Under the pieces are notes generated by a model that was given only the letters and a program-made list of their open reading frames with translations, ran no database searches and was not told the DNA's origin. From the NCBI GenBank assembly GCA_964489445.1, contig CAZAYU010000002.1, forward strand, positions 269,020 to 333,019: a stretch of DNA of 64,000 bases. Reading direction: 5' to 3'. Of the stretch, positions 9,040 to 18,288 are shown piece after piece (within the stretch, counting starts at the first letter, position 1; every line of letters begins with the position of its first letter). The position numbers were made by a program, and so were the translations under genes. Source of the stretch: an uncultured Planctomycetia bacterium. Its GTDB lineage: Bacteria; Omnitrophota; Gorgyraeia; Duberdicusellales; 4484-171.

Positions 9040-11856
9040 ATGGATAAAATAATCTTTTTAGATATGGCAGATAATTTTATTGAGAAAATTGCAATAATAT
9101 TAAGAGATAGTTTTCTGGAGAATAATAATGATTTGAGCAAGATTGCTTGCGTATTTGGCGGTAGGCGCCCGGCATTATTTTTAAGACGGTCTTTATCTAA
9201 AATTATTCAAAATAGTTTTTTACCGCCGCGGATATTCTCAATGGATGATTTTATTAGTTATATTAGTGAAGATTTTCAACAGCATAAAACTAACGATCTA
9301 GACAACAGCTTTTTAATTTATAGTCTTGTTAAAAAATATGTTCCTAGCTTGTTGAATGGAAGAGAACAGTTTAGCGAGTTTTTATCCTGGAGCAAGGAAA
9401 TTATTTCATTCATCGAACAATTAGATATTGAAGGAATAAACAACCAATCTTTAGAGAGTATTCAAAAGAGTGCTATCATTGGATATGAAGTTCCAAATAG
9501 TATTAATACTCTTTTAAAAAATATAATTATTTTACGAAATGCTTACCATGATAATCTTGCAACTAAAGGAATTTATTCCCGGAGTGCACGGTATATGTAT
9601 GCTTTAAATTGCTTAAAAGAGAAAAGGGGGGAAATAAAATTCAAGAAAGTTATATTTTGTAATTTCTTTTATCTCAATAATTGCGAGAAGCAAATAATAA
9701 AAGAAATCTATTTAAGTGGAAAAGGAGTGTGTGTTTTTCAAGGGTTGGCAAAAGAATGGACAGTCTTGAGGGAAAATCTGCGGTTTTTTAATGTAACCTC
9801 AAAGTTAGATGAGTCGAATCATTCAAAACCATTAATTTCATTTTATCGGGGTTTTGATATGCATTCTCAGGCCGGGTTAGTACAAGAGGTTTTTAAAAGT
9901 ATTCAAGATAAGGATGATACTGTTATTGTCCTGCCGCGCTCAGAGGTTTTATTGCCATTAATTAGTGAAGTGTCTCCATTGATTAAGGAATTTAATATTT
10001 CTATGGGCTACCCCTTGAAAAGAAGTTCTGCTTATGCTTTGTTGGAGGCAGTAAAGAAAGCACAGGAGAGTAAGCAGAAAAATAAGTATTATACAAATGA
10101 TTATTTAGCGCTTTTGCGTCATCCGTTAGTAAGAAATTTTCACGTTGGAGATAATATTGTTATTGTTCAAGTGATTATCCAAAAAATAGAAGAATCTCTG
10201 ACTGGAGAGAAAGAAACATCAATAGGGGGGAGTATTTTTTTAGGGTTAGATGAGATTGAAAAAGAAAAAAATATTTGGTTATCTGCATCTAAAATTCTCA
10301 AACGAATGAAAATAGATGTGTCATATTCTCAATGCCTGGATATTTTGGTTAAAATTCATAATTTATTTTTTCGGAATTGGGAATGTTTTACGAATTTTCA
10401 AGAATTCTCCATTTCTTTAGATGATTTTGTTAGTGTCATATTTAATAAGAGCGTTACTCAGAGCTTGCCTTTTGAATTCAAGGTAGCTAATAGAATAGTA
10501 GCTATAAAAGAAGAATTTGAGAATGTTTCTTTTGGAAAAGAAAATTTTCCCCGAAAAGATATTTGGAGCATTTTTCAACAAAAGCTACAAGGCGAAAAGA
10601 TTTCTTTTAGTGGGTCGCCTTTGCGTGGTACCCAGATTTTAGGTTTTTTTGAGACTCGCTCTCTCACTTTTAAGAATGTCATTATTATGGATGTTAATGA
10701 ATCGATTCTTCCTCGGTTGAAGATTTACGAATCACTAATACCCCGTGAAGTAATGTTGAGTCTTGGGCTTAAACGTTTAGAAAAAGAAGAAGAGATCCAG
10801 AGATATCAGTTTATGCGCTTAGTAAGTTCTGCAGAAAATGTGCATCTCATTTACGAAGAGAATAAAGAGAAGGAGAGAAGTAGATTTGTTGAAGAGTTAA
10901 TTTGGGAGAAACAAAAGGAAACCGGGAAACTTCATCCAGTAGATATTCCTCGATCGGTTTTTTCTTTTCGGGTATCAAATCGCAAGGTAAGTATTAAAAA
11001 AACACCCAAAACACTTCAGTTGTTGAAAAAAGCAGTTTATTCAGCAAGTCGCGTGAATGTTTATCTCAAGTGTCCACTAAGATTTTATTACCAGTATGTA
11101 CTAGGACTTAAAGAGAAAGAAGATTTACTTGTTGACCCACTTCCTAAACATATTGGCACTTTTATTCATCAATTGCTAGAGGAGGCATTCAAAATATTTG
11201 TTGGAAGAAAACCGATTATCAACCGGGAATTTCGGCAGATGTTTTTAAAGATGCTTGATGAAAAATTTGAAAAAAATTTAAGCCCCAGAATGAGAGCAGA
11301 TGTTTTTTTGTTAAAACAAATTATTATTAATCGGCTAGAAAATTTTTTAAACCACGAGGCTAAACGTAAAGTAAAAAAAATAATCTGTTTAGAAAAGGAA
11401 ATGCATGGAGAGGTTAAATTGAGTAGCGGATTGGTTTTGTTTCGTTACACGATAGACCGGATTGATCAAGTAGAGGAAAATGAGTGGCTGGTTATTGACT
11501 ATAAGACAGGAAGTAACAATTCTGTTCCAAGGAATCTTAAAGCACTTTTGTCCATGGAGTATAATCGGCAATCTATAAAAGAAATTTTGCGGTCTTTTCA
11601 GCTACCGCTTTATTATTATTTTGTTGCTCAAGAATTTCCAAAAGTTTCCCTTAATGCTGTATTATATAATATTCGGACTTTAAAGAGTACTCCGTTTATT
11701 GCAAAGGAAGATATTAATCACAGAAAGAAAATTACAGGAATTTGTTTGGAAGCGCTTAATTGTATTTTTGCAGAAATTTTAAATCCGAATATTGACTTTT
11801 TCCCGGATAAAGAGGAACGTAACTGTGTTCATTGTCCTTTTCGTCAAGCTTGTTGA
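9040..11856 (+). CDS. addB: AddB-like PD-(D/E)XK nuclease with four-Cys Fe-S ligands
   Basis: SASR..YLKCPLRFY, IDRID, IDYKTG, QLPLY, terminal CVHCPFRQAC; ATG 2 nt after the addA stop is more plausible than 8992. Confidence 0.82.
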   Translation: MDKIIFLDMADNFIEKIAIILRDSFLENNNDLSKIACVFGGRRPALFLRRSLSKIIQNSFLPPRIFSMDDFISYISEDFQQHKTNDLDNSFLIYSLVKKYVPSLLNGREQFSEFLSWSKEIISFIEQLDIEGINNQSLESIQKSAIIGYEVPNSINTLLKNIIILRNAYHDNLATKGIYSRSARYMYALNCLKEKRGEIKFKKVIFCNFFYLNNCEKQIIKEIYLSGKGVCVFQGLAKEWTVLRENLRFFNVTSKLDESNHSKPLISFYRGFDMHSQAGLVQEVFKSIQDKDDTVIVLPRSEVLLPLISEVSPLIKEFNISMGYPLKRSSAYALLEAVKKAQESKQKNKYYTNDYLALLRHPLVRNFHVGDNIVIVQVIIQKIEESLTGEKETSIGGSIFLGLDEIEKEKNIWLSASKILKRMKIDVSYSQCLDILVKIHNLFFRNWECFTNFQEFSISLDDFVSVIFNKSVTQSLPFEFKVANRIVAIKEEFENVSFGKENFPRKDIWSIFQQKLQGEKISFSGSPLRGTQILGFFETRSLTFKNVIIMDVNESILPRLKIYESLIPREVMLSLGLKRLEKEEEIQRYQFMRLVSSAENVHLIYEENKEKERSRFVEELIWEKQKETGKLHPVDIPRSVFSFRVSNRKVSIKKTPKTLQLLKKAVYSASRVNVYLKCPLRFYYQYVLGLKEKEDLLVDPLPKHIGTFIHQLLEEAFKIFVGRKPIINREFRQMFLKMLDEKFEKNLSPRMRADVFLLKQIIINRLENFLNHEAKRKVKKIICLEKEMHGEVKLSSGLVLFRYTIDRIDQVEENEWLVIDYKTGSNNSVPRNLKALLSMEYNRQSIKEILRSFQLPLYYYFVAQEFPKVSLNAVLYNIRTLKSTPFIAKEDINHRKKITGICLEALNCIFAEILNPNIDFFPDKEERNCVHCPFRQAC

Positions 11857-11874
11857 TAGTGCTAAAAATAAAAT

Positions 11875-12033
11875 CTATTGTTTTTTCTTCTTGACTCTTC
11901 TTTTTTGAGAAGGCTTTGTATAGTATTGTCGTTCACGAAATTTTTTTACAATTCCTTCACGCTTGCATTGAACTTTAAAGCCGCGTAAAGCTTTTTCAAA
12001 GTCTTCGTTAGTATTAATTCTTACTTCTGCCAT
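11875..12033 (-). CDS. rpsU: 30S ribosomal protein S21 (52 aa, absent from the ORF track)
   Basis: Manual translation MAEVRINTNEDFEKALRGFKVQCKREGIVKKFRERQYYTKPSQKRRVKKKKQ; AGGAGG RBS upstream. Confidence 0.95.
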   Translation of the reverse strand: MAEVRINTNEDFEKALRGFKVQCKREGIVKKFRERQYYTKPSQKRRVKKKKQ

Positions 12034-12212
12034 GCTGCCTCCTGGTATTTCCAATTATTAATTCTTTATTGTATTTTAAATTAAATGTATCTATGAAGCA
12101 ATTATTGATTTTTATGATAATTTACAAGTATATATTTATACCATATTTTAGTCTTTTTTCAAGATAAATTACTCTTTATTCCTAATTATAATTGTGGTAT
12201 GATTTTTAAGTC

Positions 12213-12452
12213 ATGAAAGGCAATTATAAGCTTAAAACTTGGGATATTTTTTGTATTGCATTCGGGGCAATGGTCTCTTCAGGTCTGTTTGTTTTATTCG
12301 GCACGAAAGATGAACGTAATTTTCATTTACGAAGCTTAATGGCTATAGCACAGATAGTCAGGGGATGTAATTTTTATGATAATTGGATGAGAATGAAAGA
12401 TCCGAAATCGTTGAAGATGTTGGTACTATCTTCTACAAGAAAGAGGAATTGA
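12213..12452 (+). pseudogene. Internally deleted remnant of an amino-acid permease with C-terminal PTS-IIA-like domain (still an open 79-aa frame)
   Basis: N-half DIFCIAFGAMVSSGLFVL resembles APC permease TM1; C-half FVLFGTKDERNFHLRSLMAIAQIV resembles the end of a PTS EIIA-2-like domain. Confidence 0.75.
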
Positions 12453-12453
12453 T

Positions 12454-13485
12454 ATGGCAAAAACAAAAATCATTGCGACGCTAGGGCCTTCAAGCAGTTC
12501 AGAAACAATAATTCGGAAAATGATTAGCAGGGGGCTAGATATAGTGCGGCTTAATTTCTCTCACGGAACATCTGATAGTCATATTCAAAGAATAAAGATT
12601 GTCCGTAAATTAAATAAGAACATGAGGCGGGCGGTTAAAATTATGCAGGATCTAGAGGGTCATCGCATTAGAATCGGAGAGTTAAGGCGTCCAATAATTC
12701 TTAAGAAGAATAAAGAATTTTATTTCACTCAAGAGGCAGTTAAAGGTACTGGTGAGGAAATACATTTTGATTATAAAGGGTCGTTAAAAAGAATAAGCAA
12801 AGGTACTTTGATCTATATTGATGACGGGAAAATAGTATTATCGGTAAAGTTGGTCGGCAAAAAAAGGTTAAGAGTCAAGGTTGTAATCCCTGGAGTTTTG
12901 AATGGGAATAAGGGGGTTAATATACCTGGAATTCATTTAGACTTTGATTGCTTGAGTAACAAAGATAAAAGAGATCTTGAGTCTGTTTTGCCGTACAAGT
13001 TAGATTATGTAGCTCAGTCATTTGTGAGAAATACGCAGGATTTAGTAGCGCTTAAAAGCATTATAAAACATAAGCATCCTCAATGTCGGATTTTTTCTAA
13101 GATAGAAAATAGAGAAGCACTGGTGAACCTAGATTCAATTATTGAAGAATCTGACGGAATTATTGTGGCGAGAGGTGATCTGGGTGTTTGTTTGCCGATT
13201 TATAAAGTGCCTGTCATCCAAAAAGAAATCGTTAAAAGGTGTATTTTAAAGAAAAAAGAAGTAGTTGTTGCTACACAAATGCTGGAGAGTATGACGGTTA
13301 ATGACCTTCCCACTAGAGCAGAAGCAAGTGATGTGGCGAATGCTATTTTAGATGGAGCAACACATTTGTTGCTTTCAGGAGAGACTGCTGTAGGCAGACA
13401 TCCGGATAAAGTCATAGACATGATGAATAAACTGATTATTAATACTGAAAACTACAAGCAGGAATTAGAAGATTTATTGAAATGA
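12454..13485 (+). CDS. pyk: Pyruvate kinase (short form lacking the C-terminal domain)
   Basis: TKIIATLGP, RLNFSHG, IDDG, KIEN, VARGDLG, ATQMLESM, PTRAE, SGETA. Confidence 0.95.
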   Translation: MAKTKIIATLGPSSSSETIIRKMISRGLDIVRLNFSHGTSDSHIQRIKIVRKLNKNMRRAVKIMQDLEGHRIRIGELRRPIILKKNKEFYFTQEAVKGTGEEIHFDYKGSLKRISKGTLIYIDDGKIVLSVKLVGKKRLRVKVVIPGVLNGNKGVNIPGIHLDFDCLSNKDKRDLESVLPYKLDYVAQSFVRNTQDLVALKSIIKHKHPQCRIFSKIENREALVNLDSIIEESDGIIVARGDLGVCLPIYKVPVIQKEIVKRCILKKKEVVVATQMLESMTVNDLPTRAEASDVANAILDGATHLLLSGETAVGRHPDKVIDMMNKLIINTENYKQELEDLLK

Positions 13486-13625
13486 ATGTCGCAATGGGAT
13501 TATTAAAGTGATTTTGGGTTAAAGGGGTTATTCGTAGAATTAATTTCCAAGATAAAGTAGCTGATAATTATTATTAGATTTCAGTTCGATGTAGCTTAAT
13601 CTATAGTACTTAATTTAAAAATTGT

Positions 13626-14246
13626 ATGAATATTTTAATTACTGCAGGGGCAACTTGGGTGAAGATTGATGATGTGAGGGTAATTACGAATATTTTTAGT
13701 GGTCGGACAGGATTATTCTTGGCAAAATCGTTTGCAAGCGCTGGCCATTCAGTGACTCTATTAATTAATCCTCATTGTGTTAATCGAAGATTAAATGGTG
13801 TGGAAACTGTGTATTATCATTACTTTGAAGAGTTCAAATCACTCATCTATAAACTGCTGAACAATAATAAGTATAGTGCTATTATTCATAGCGCGGCAGT
13901 TAGTGATTATAGGTTGGAAAACTATGTTTCAGGTAAAATGTCTTCAGGGAAAGATAGACTTAAATTAGAGTTGATACCGACGGAAAAAATAATAAAAGAA
14001 ATGAGGACATTGGCTAAAAAGTCTTTGATTGTTCAGTTTAAATTAGAAGCTTCCTCTGATAACTTAATAAATTTAGCATATGAAAGCCTGCAAGAGAATA
14101 ATAGCGATTTGGTAGTTGCTAATTGTCTGAGAGACGTGCAGTCTAGGTATAAAGGATTCCTAATCAACAAGAACAAGGAAGTATTAGCGGTAAGTTCAAA
14201 AAGTTGCTTATTTTTAGCATTAGAAAGAAGAATTATGTTTGCCTAG
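13626..14246 (+). CDS. coaB: Stand-alone phosphopantothenate-cysteine ligase (CoaB domain)
   Basis: ILITAG.T...IDDVR.ITN..SG.TG, HSAAVSDY, FKLE, DLVVAN. Confidence 0.85.
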   Translation: MNILITAGATWVKIDDVRVITNIFSGRTGLFLAKSFASAGHSVTLLINPHCVNRRLNGVETVYYHYFEEFKSLIYKLLNNNKYSAIIHSAAVSDYRLENYVSGKMSSGKDRLKLELIPTEKIIKEMRTLAKKSLIVQFKLEASSDNLINLAYESLQENNSDLVVANCLRDVQSRYKGFLINKNKEVLAVSSKSCLFLALERRIMFA

Positions 14247-14318
14247 AAGTTGATTATTGTAAATTCCTTATTTTAATGTTTACATTTAGTGTTTATTAAA
14301 ATAGAATAAAGTCTATTT

Positions 14319-14981
14319 ATGAGACCAAATAAGAAAGATAAGAATATTGTATTGGGAGTGTGTGGGGGGATATCAGCTTATAAAAGTTGCGAGCTGGTTC
14401 GCTTGCTTGTTAAAAATGGTTATTCTGTTAGGGTGGTAATGACGGAAGCTGCAGAAAAGTTTGTTTCACCTTTAGTATTTCAAACTCTTTCTAAGAATCC
14501 AGTATCTACAGGGATGTTTAACTTATCTTGTGTGATTAATCCTTGGCCTAGTCTAGAGGCGCATGATTTTACAGGTAAGGATATTCCTCGAGTATTGGAA
14601 TCTAAAAAGTCAAAAATTTTAAAAAGAAAATTCTTGCTTAAAGAAGAAGTTAAGCATGTAAGCCTTGCACAATGGGCAAGCACTTGTGTGATTGCCCCGC
14701 TTTCAGCAAATACTTTATCAAAGATTGCCTTAGGTCTTTGCGATAATTTACTCACTACAGTAGTGGCTGCCTTAAGTAGCGATGTTAATGTTGTGTGTGT
14801 GCCGGCGATGAATGAGAATATGTGGAAAAATCCATTGCTGCAAAAGAATGTTAAAAAAATAAAAAGTATAAAAAAGTATCTAATAGTATCTCCGAGAACA
14901 GGTGAATTAGCTTGTGGTGATTATGGGGAAGGAAGAATGGCGGAGCCAAAAGAAATATTAAAGGTGATACTTGAAGGTTGA
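14319..14981 (+). CDS. coaC: Stand-alone phosphopantothenoylcysteine decarboxylase (CoaC) with internal ~34-aa insertion
   Basis: GVCGGISAYK, HVSLA, APLSANTL.K...G.CDNLLT, PAMNENMW, LACGD.GEGRM. Confidence 0.92.
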   Translation: MRPNKKDKNIVLGVCGGISAYKSCELVRLLVKNGYSVRVVMTEAAEKFVSPLVFQTLSKNPVSTGMFNLSCVINPWPSLEAHDFTGKDIPRVLESKKSKILKRKFLLKEEVKHVSLAQWASTCVIAPLSANTLSKIALGLCDNLLTTVVAALSSDVNVVCVPAMNENMWKNPLLQKNVKKIKSIKKYLIVSPRTGELACGDYGEGRMAEPKEILKVILEG

Positions 14982-15012
14982 GCCTATGGTTTTGGTTCAT
15001 CCCTGGCAATCA

Positions 15013-15240
15013 ATGGAAAAAACCAAGATTAGAGTTATCCCCAGAGCAAAAAAAGAAAGAATAGAAATAGTCCAGGATGGATTAAAAGTTTATCTTGCTG
15101 CACCGGCCATTTCTGGTAGAGCTAATAAAAGGTTAGTTGAGGTTTTAGCCAAATATTACAACACCAAGAAGTATAATATTTCAATATGTAGCGGCGAAAA
15201 ATCTCGCAATAAAACAATTAGAATAACAAGTAGTAAATAA
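15013..15240 (+). CDS. DUF167 / YggU family protein
   Basis: IRVIPRAK, LKVY..AP...GRAN, GEKSRNK. Confidence 0.85.
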   Translation: MEKTKIRVIPRAKKERIEIVQDGLKVYLAAPAISGRANKRLVEVLAKYYNTKKYNISICSGEKSRNKTIRITSSK

Positions 15241-15252
15241 TTTATTGTGCTT

Positions 15253-16365
15253 ATGAATTGCAAGCAAACACCGTTTTATAGGAAGCATACGGAAAATGAA
15301 GGGAAAATAATTAATTTTAACGGATGGGCTCTTCCTGTAGAATACAAAAGCATGTTACGGGAATCAAAGAGTGTGAGAAACTATTGCGGTTTGTTTGACG
15401 TATCTCATATGGGAGAAATAATTTTAAAGGGGCCGGCGCGTTTTAACTTTTTTCAGAATCTAACTACTAATGATTTTGCATTAATTAAGCCCGGAGAAAT
15501 GCAGTATAATTTGGTCCTTAACAACCAAGGCGGTGTTATTGATGACCTAATGGCATATAATTTAAAAGAGAGTATTTTTTGTGTAGTGAATGCCTCAAAT
15601 AAAGACAAGATGTTAAATTGGTTTATAGATCATTTGGCTGATGGTGTAGAGATTATCGATAAAAGCGATGAAGTAGCGTTAGTTGCTCTTCAAGGTCCTA
15701 ATTCTTCTAAAGTCATGGAAAAGGTTTTTGGCAAAATAATCAATGATTTGGGATACATGCAGTCAGTCGAGATGTGTATAGGTAAGGAAGATATTTTAAT
15801 TTCTCGCAGTGGCTACACTGGAGAAGATGGATTTGAGATATACATGTCGTGGAACAACGCTGAATTTTGGTGGGATAAAATAGTAGAAGCTGGATTATCT
15901 TTTAATCTTTCCGTGTGTGGTTTAGGTTCTCGGGATATTTTACGTATTGAAGCTGGATACCCTTTGCATGGTTGTGAAATATCTAAAGGCATAAATCCGT
16001 ACGAGGCTAGTTTAGGCTGGGCAGTAAAGTTAGGTAAAAGTTTTATTGGTAAAGACGCATTGTTAAGGATAAAAGATACTGGTATCTTGCGTAAAAGAGT
16101 CGGCTTCTGCATGCAAGAAAAGTCTGTTCCCCGTCATGGATATTTGGTTTACGACAATGGTAGGACTATTGGTCAGGTATCTAGCGGAACATATTCTCCC
16201 AATGCTGAGAAGTTTATCGGCATGGCAAGCGTAGAGAGTGATAGTTTTTATATAAACAAGGATATAGATATTGAAGTCAGGGGTAAGTTGCAGAAGGCAA
16301 AGATAGTCAATTTTCCATTTGTGGCGATTAGGACCAGGCGAGAAAAAACAGTTCAAAATAAATAG
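15253..16365 (+). CDS. gcvT: Glycine cleavage system aminomethyltransferase T
   Basis: FNGWALP, GLFDVSHMGE, VVNASN, ALQGP, SRSGYTGEDGFE, LRIEAG. Confidence 0.97.
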   Translation: MNCKQTPFYRKHTENEGKIINFNGWALPVEYKSMLRESKSVRNYCGLFDVSHMGEIILKGPARFNFFQNLTTNDFALIKPGEMQYNLVLNNQGGVIDDLMAYNLKESIFCVVNASNKDKMLNWFIDHLADGVEIIDKSDEVALVALQGPNSSKVMEKVFGKIINDLGYMQSVEMCIGKEDILISRSGYTGEDGFEIYMSWNNAEFWWDKIVEAGLSFNLSVCGLGSRDILRIEAGYPLHGCEISKGINPYEASLGWAVKLGKSFIGKDALLRIKDTGILRKRVGFCMQEKSVPRHGYLVYDNGRTIGQVSSGTYSPNAEKFIGMASVESDSFYINKDIDIEVRGKLQKAKIVNFPFVAIRTRREKTVQNK

Positions 16366-16419
16366 AGTAAAAAAATTATTTATTTCTGGATCCATAACCA
16401 AGCTAAAGGAGGATAAGAC

Positions 16420-16800
16420 ATGATTGAATTGAGATTTACAAAATCACATGAATGGATAAAAGTCGAATCCCAAGTAGCTACTGTTGGTATAACCAACTAT
16501 GCGCAAAAACAATTAGGAGATATTGTATTTGTTGAGATGCCTGATGTTGGAACAAAAATTAAACAATTAGCACAGTTTGGAACTGTGGAATCTACTAAAG
16601 CAGCAAGTGAATTATATTCGCCGTTAAGCGGGGAAATTTTGGAAGTTAATAATAAGTTAGTAGATAATCCCCAGTGGATAAATGAATCTCCGCTTGATGA
16701 TGGATGGATACTAAAAATAAAATTAGAAAATTCAGCCGAGTTGGAGAATCTTATGGATGAGGCCGCTTACAAAGAATTTGTGGCCCAAGAAGAAGCTTAG
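16420..16800 (+). CDS. gcvH: Glycine cleavage system H protein
   Basis: HEW, GITNYAQ..LGDIVFV, VESTKAASE (lipoyl Lys), GW. Confidence 0.97.
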   Translation: MIELRFTKSHEWIKVESQVATVGITNYAQKQLGDIVFVEMPDVGTKIKQLAQFGTVESTKAASELYSPLSGEILEVNNKLVDNPQWINESPLDDGWILKIKLENSAELENLMDEAAYKEFVAQEEA

Positions 16801-16941
16801 AGTTAATTAGTGGGAAAAGTTGTTAGCTGTAAATGTTAGCTTAACGAATAAATAGGCAAGAAGAATCAACATAGTCGTCAAAATATAAACAATAATATTT
16901 TGTTGTCGTCTAAACCAAAGTAAATGGAAAAATTATAAATT

Positions 16942-18288
16942 ATGCCTTATATTTTAAATACTCCCGAAGACGTGGCCCTGATGCTAAAGGAGATAGGGGC
17001 TGAAGATATCGAGGATCTCTATAAGCAAGTTTTATCGTCGTTACGGATTGAAGGTCAGTTAAAACTTGCTGATGGTTTTAGCGAATTTAGAGTAAAATGT
17101 CTGCTAGAGGGTCTTTCGAAAAAAAATCATACGATAGACGAGTTTAATGCTTTTTTGGGGGTAGGCATGTATGATCATTATGTACCGGCAGCACTGTCCC
17201 ATATTCTTACTAACTCGCAATTTTTAACAGCGTATACTCCGTATCAAGCTGAATGTTCTCAAGGGATTCTGCAGGCGATTTATGAGTATCAAAGCTATAT
17301 CTGCCTTTTGACTGGAATGGAAGTTTCCAACGCTTCTCTTTTAGATGGTGCTTCTGCTTTTGCCGAGGCAGCATTAATGGCTTTAAGAATAACCAAACGG
17401 AAGAAGATTATTTTGGCCGGGATGATCCACCCCGAGTATATACAAACGCTAGAAACGTATTTATCTGGATTAGATTTCTCTATTCAAAGTATTCCACCCA
17501 ATAAACATGGAGTGCTAAATTGGCAATCGCTAAGGTTGCATGTGGATTCTGATGTTGCTTGTTGCTGTGTCCAGAGTCCTAATTTTTTTGGTTTAATTGA
17601 AGATATAGCCGATTTATCAGAAATAGTAAGAAAAACAGGAGCACTAACTGTTATGTTGACCAACCCTTTGTCTTTAGCAGTTTTGAAAGAGCCAGAATTA
17701 ATGGGGGTCGATATTGTTTGTGGAGACGGTCAAGCGTTAGGAGGTAGTTTAAACATGGGAGGCCCGTCTTTTGGTTTTTTAGCCTCAAAAAAAAACTATG
17801 TCAGACAACTTCCAGGCAGAATTGTCGGAAAAACTGTAGATAATCAAAAGAATACTGCTTATTGCTTAACTTTGCAAGCTCGAGAGCAGCATATCAGAAG
17901 GGAAAAGGCAACTAGCAATATTTGTTCCAATCACTCTTTTAATGCAATCATTGCTTCTGTGTATTTATCGTTGATGGGGGCTGAAGGATTAAGGAGAGTC
18001 GCTGTCAGTTCTTTTAGCAATTCCCAGTATCTTTATCGACGCCTTAAAGAGATAAGAGGGGTAATCTTTCCTTTTTCTTCCTGTTTTTTTAATGAGTTTT
18101 ATTGGGAGGTTAATAATTCTCAGGTTGTGTTTGATAAATTACGAGAAAAAAAAATTATTCCCGGATATCTATTAAAAGATAAACTACCAGAGCATCAAAA
18201 TGGAATCTTAAGTTGCTGTACCGAAAAAAAGAGTAAGAACGAAATTGATAGTTTTGTTAATTGCTTAGCTGAGGTATTACATGGGTAA
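16942..18288 (+). CDS. gcvPA: Glycine dehydrogenase subunit 1
   Basis: TAYTPYQAE.SQG.LQA, NASLLDG, PGRIVG, REQHIRREKATSNIC. Confidence 0.97.
   Translation: MPYILNTPEDVALMLKEIGAEDIEDLYKQVLSSLRIEGQLKLADGFSEFRVKCLLEGLSKKNHTIDEFNAFLGVGMYDHYVPAALSHILTNSQFLTAYTPYQAECSQGILQAIYEYQSYICLLTGMEVSNASLLDGASAFAEAALMALRITKRKKIILAGMIHPEYIQTLETYLSGLDFSIQSIPPNKHGVLNWQSLRLHVDSDVACCCVQSPNFFGLIEDIADLSEIVRKTGALTVMLTNPLSLAVLKEPELMGVDIVCGDGQALGGSLNMGGPSFGFLASKKNYVRQLPGRIVGKTVDNQKNTAYCLTLQAREQHIRREKATSNICSNHSFNAIIASVYLSLMGAEGLRRVAVSSFSNSQYLYRRLKEIRGVIFPFSSCFFNEFYWEVNNSQVVFDKLREKKIIPGYLLKDKLPEHQNGILSCCTEKKSKNEIDSFVNCLAEVLHG

Noticed and set aside
11030-11856. Cas4-like nuclease with four cysteines suggesting CRISPR-Cas
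   Set aside because: It is the C-terminal domain of an AddB-like protein beside AddA; no cas genes or repeat-spacer array are visible.
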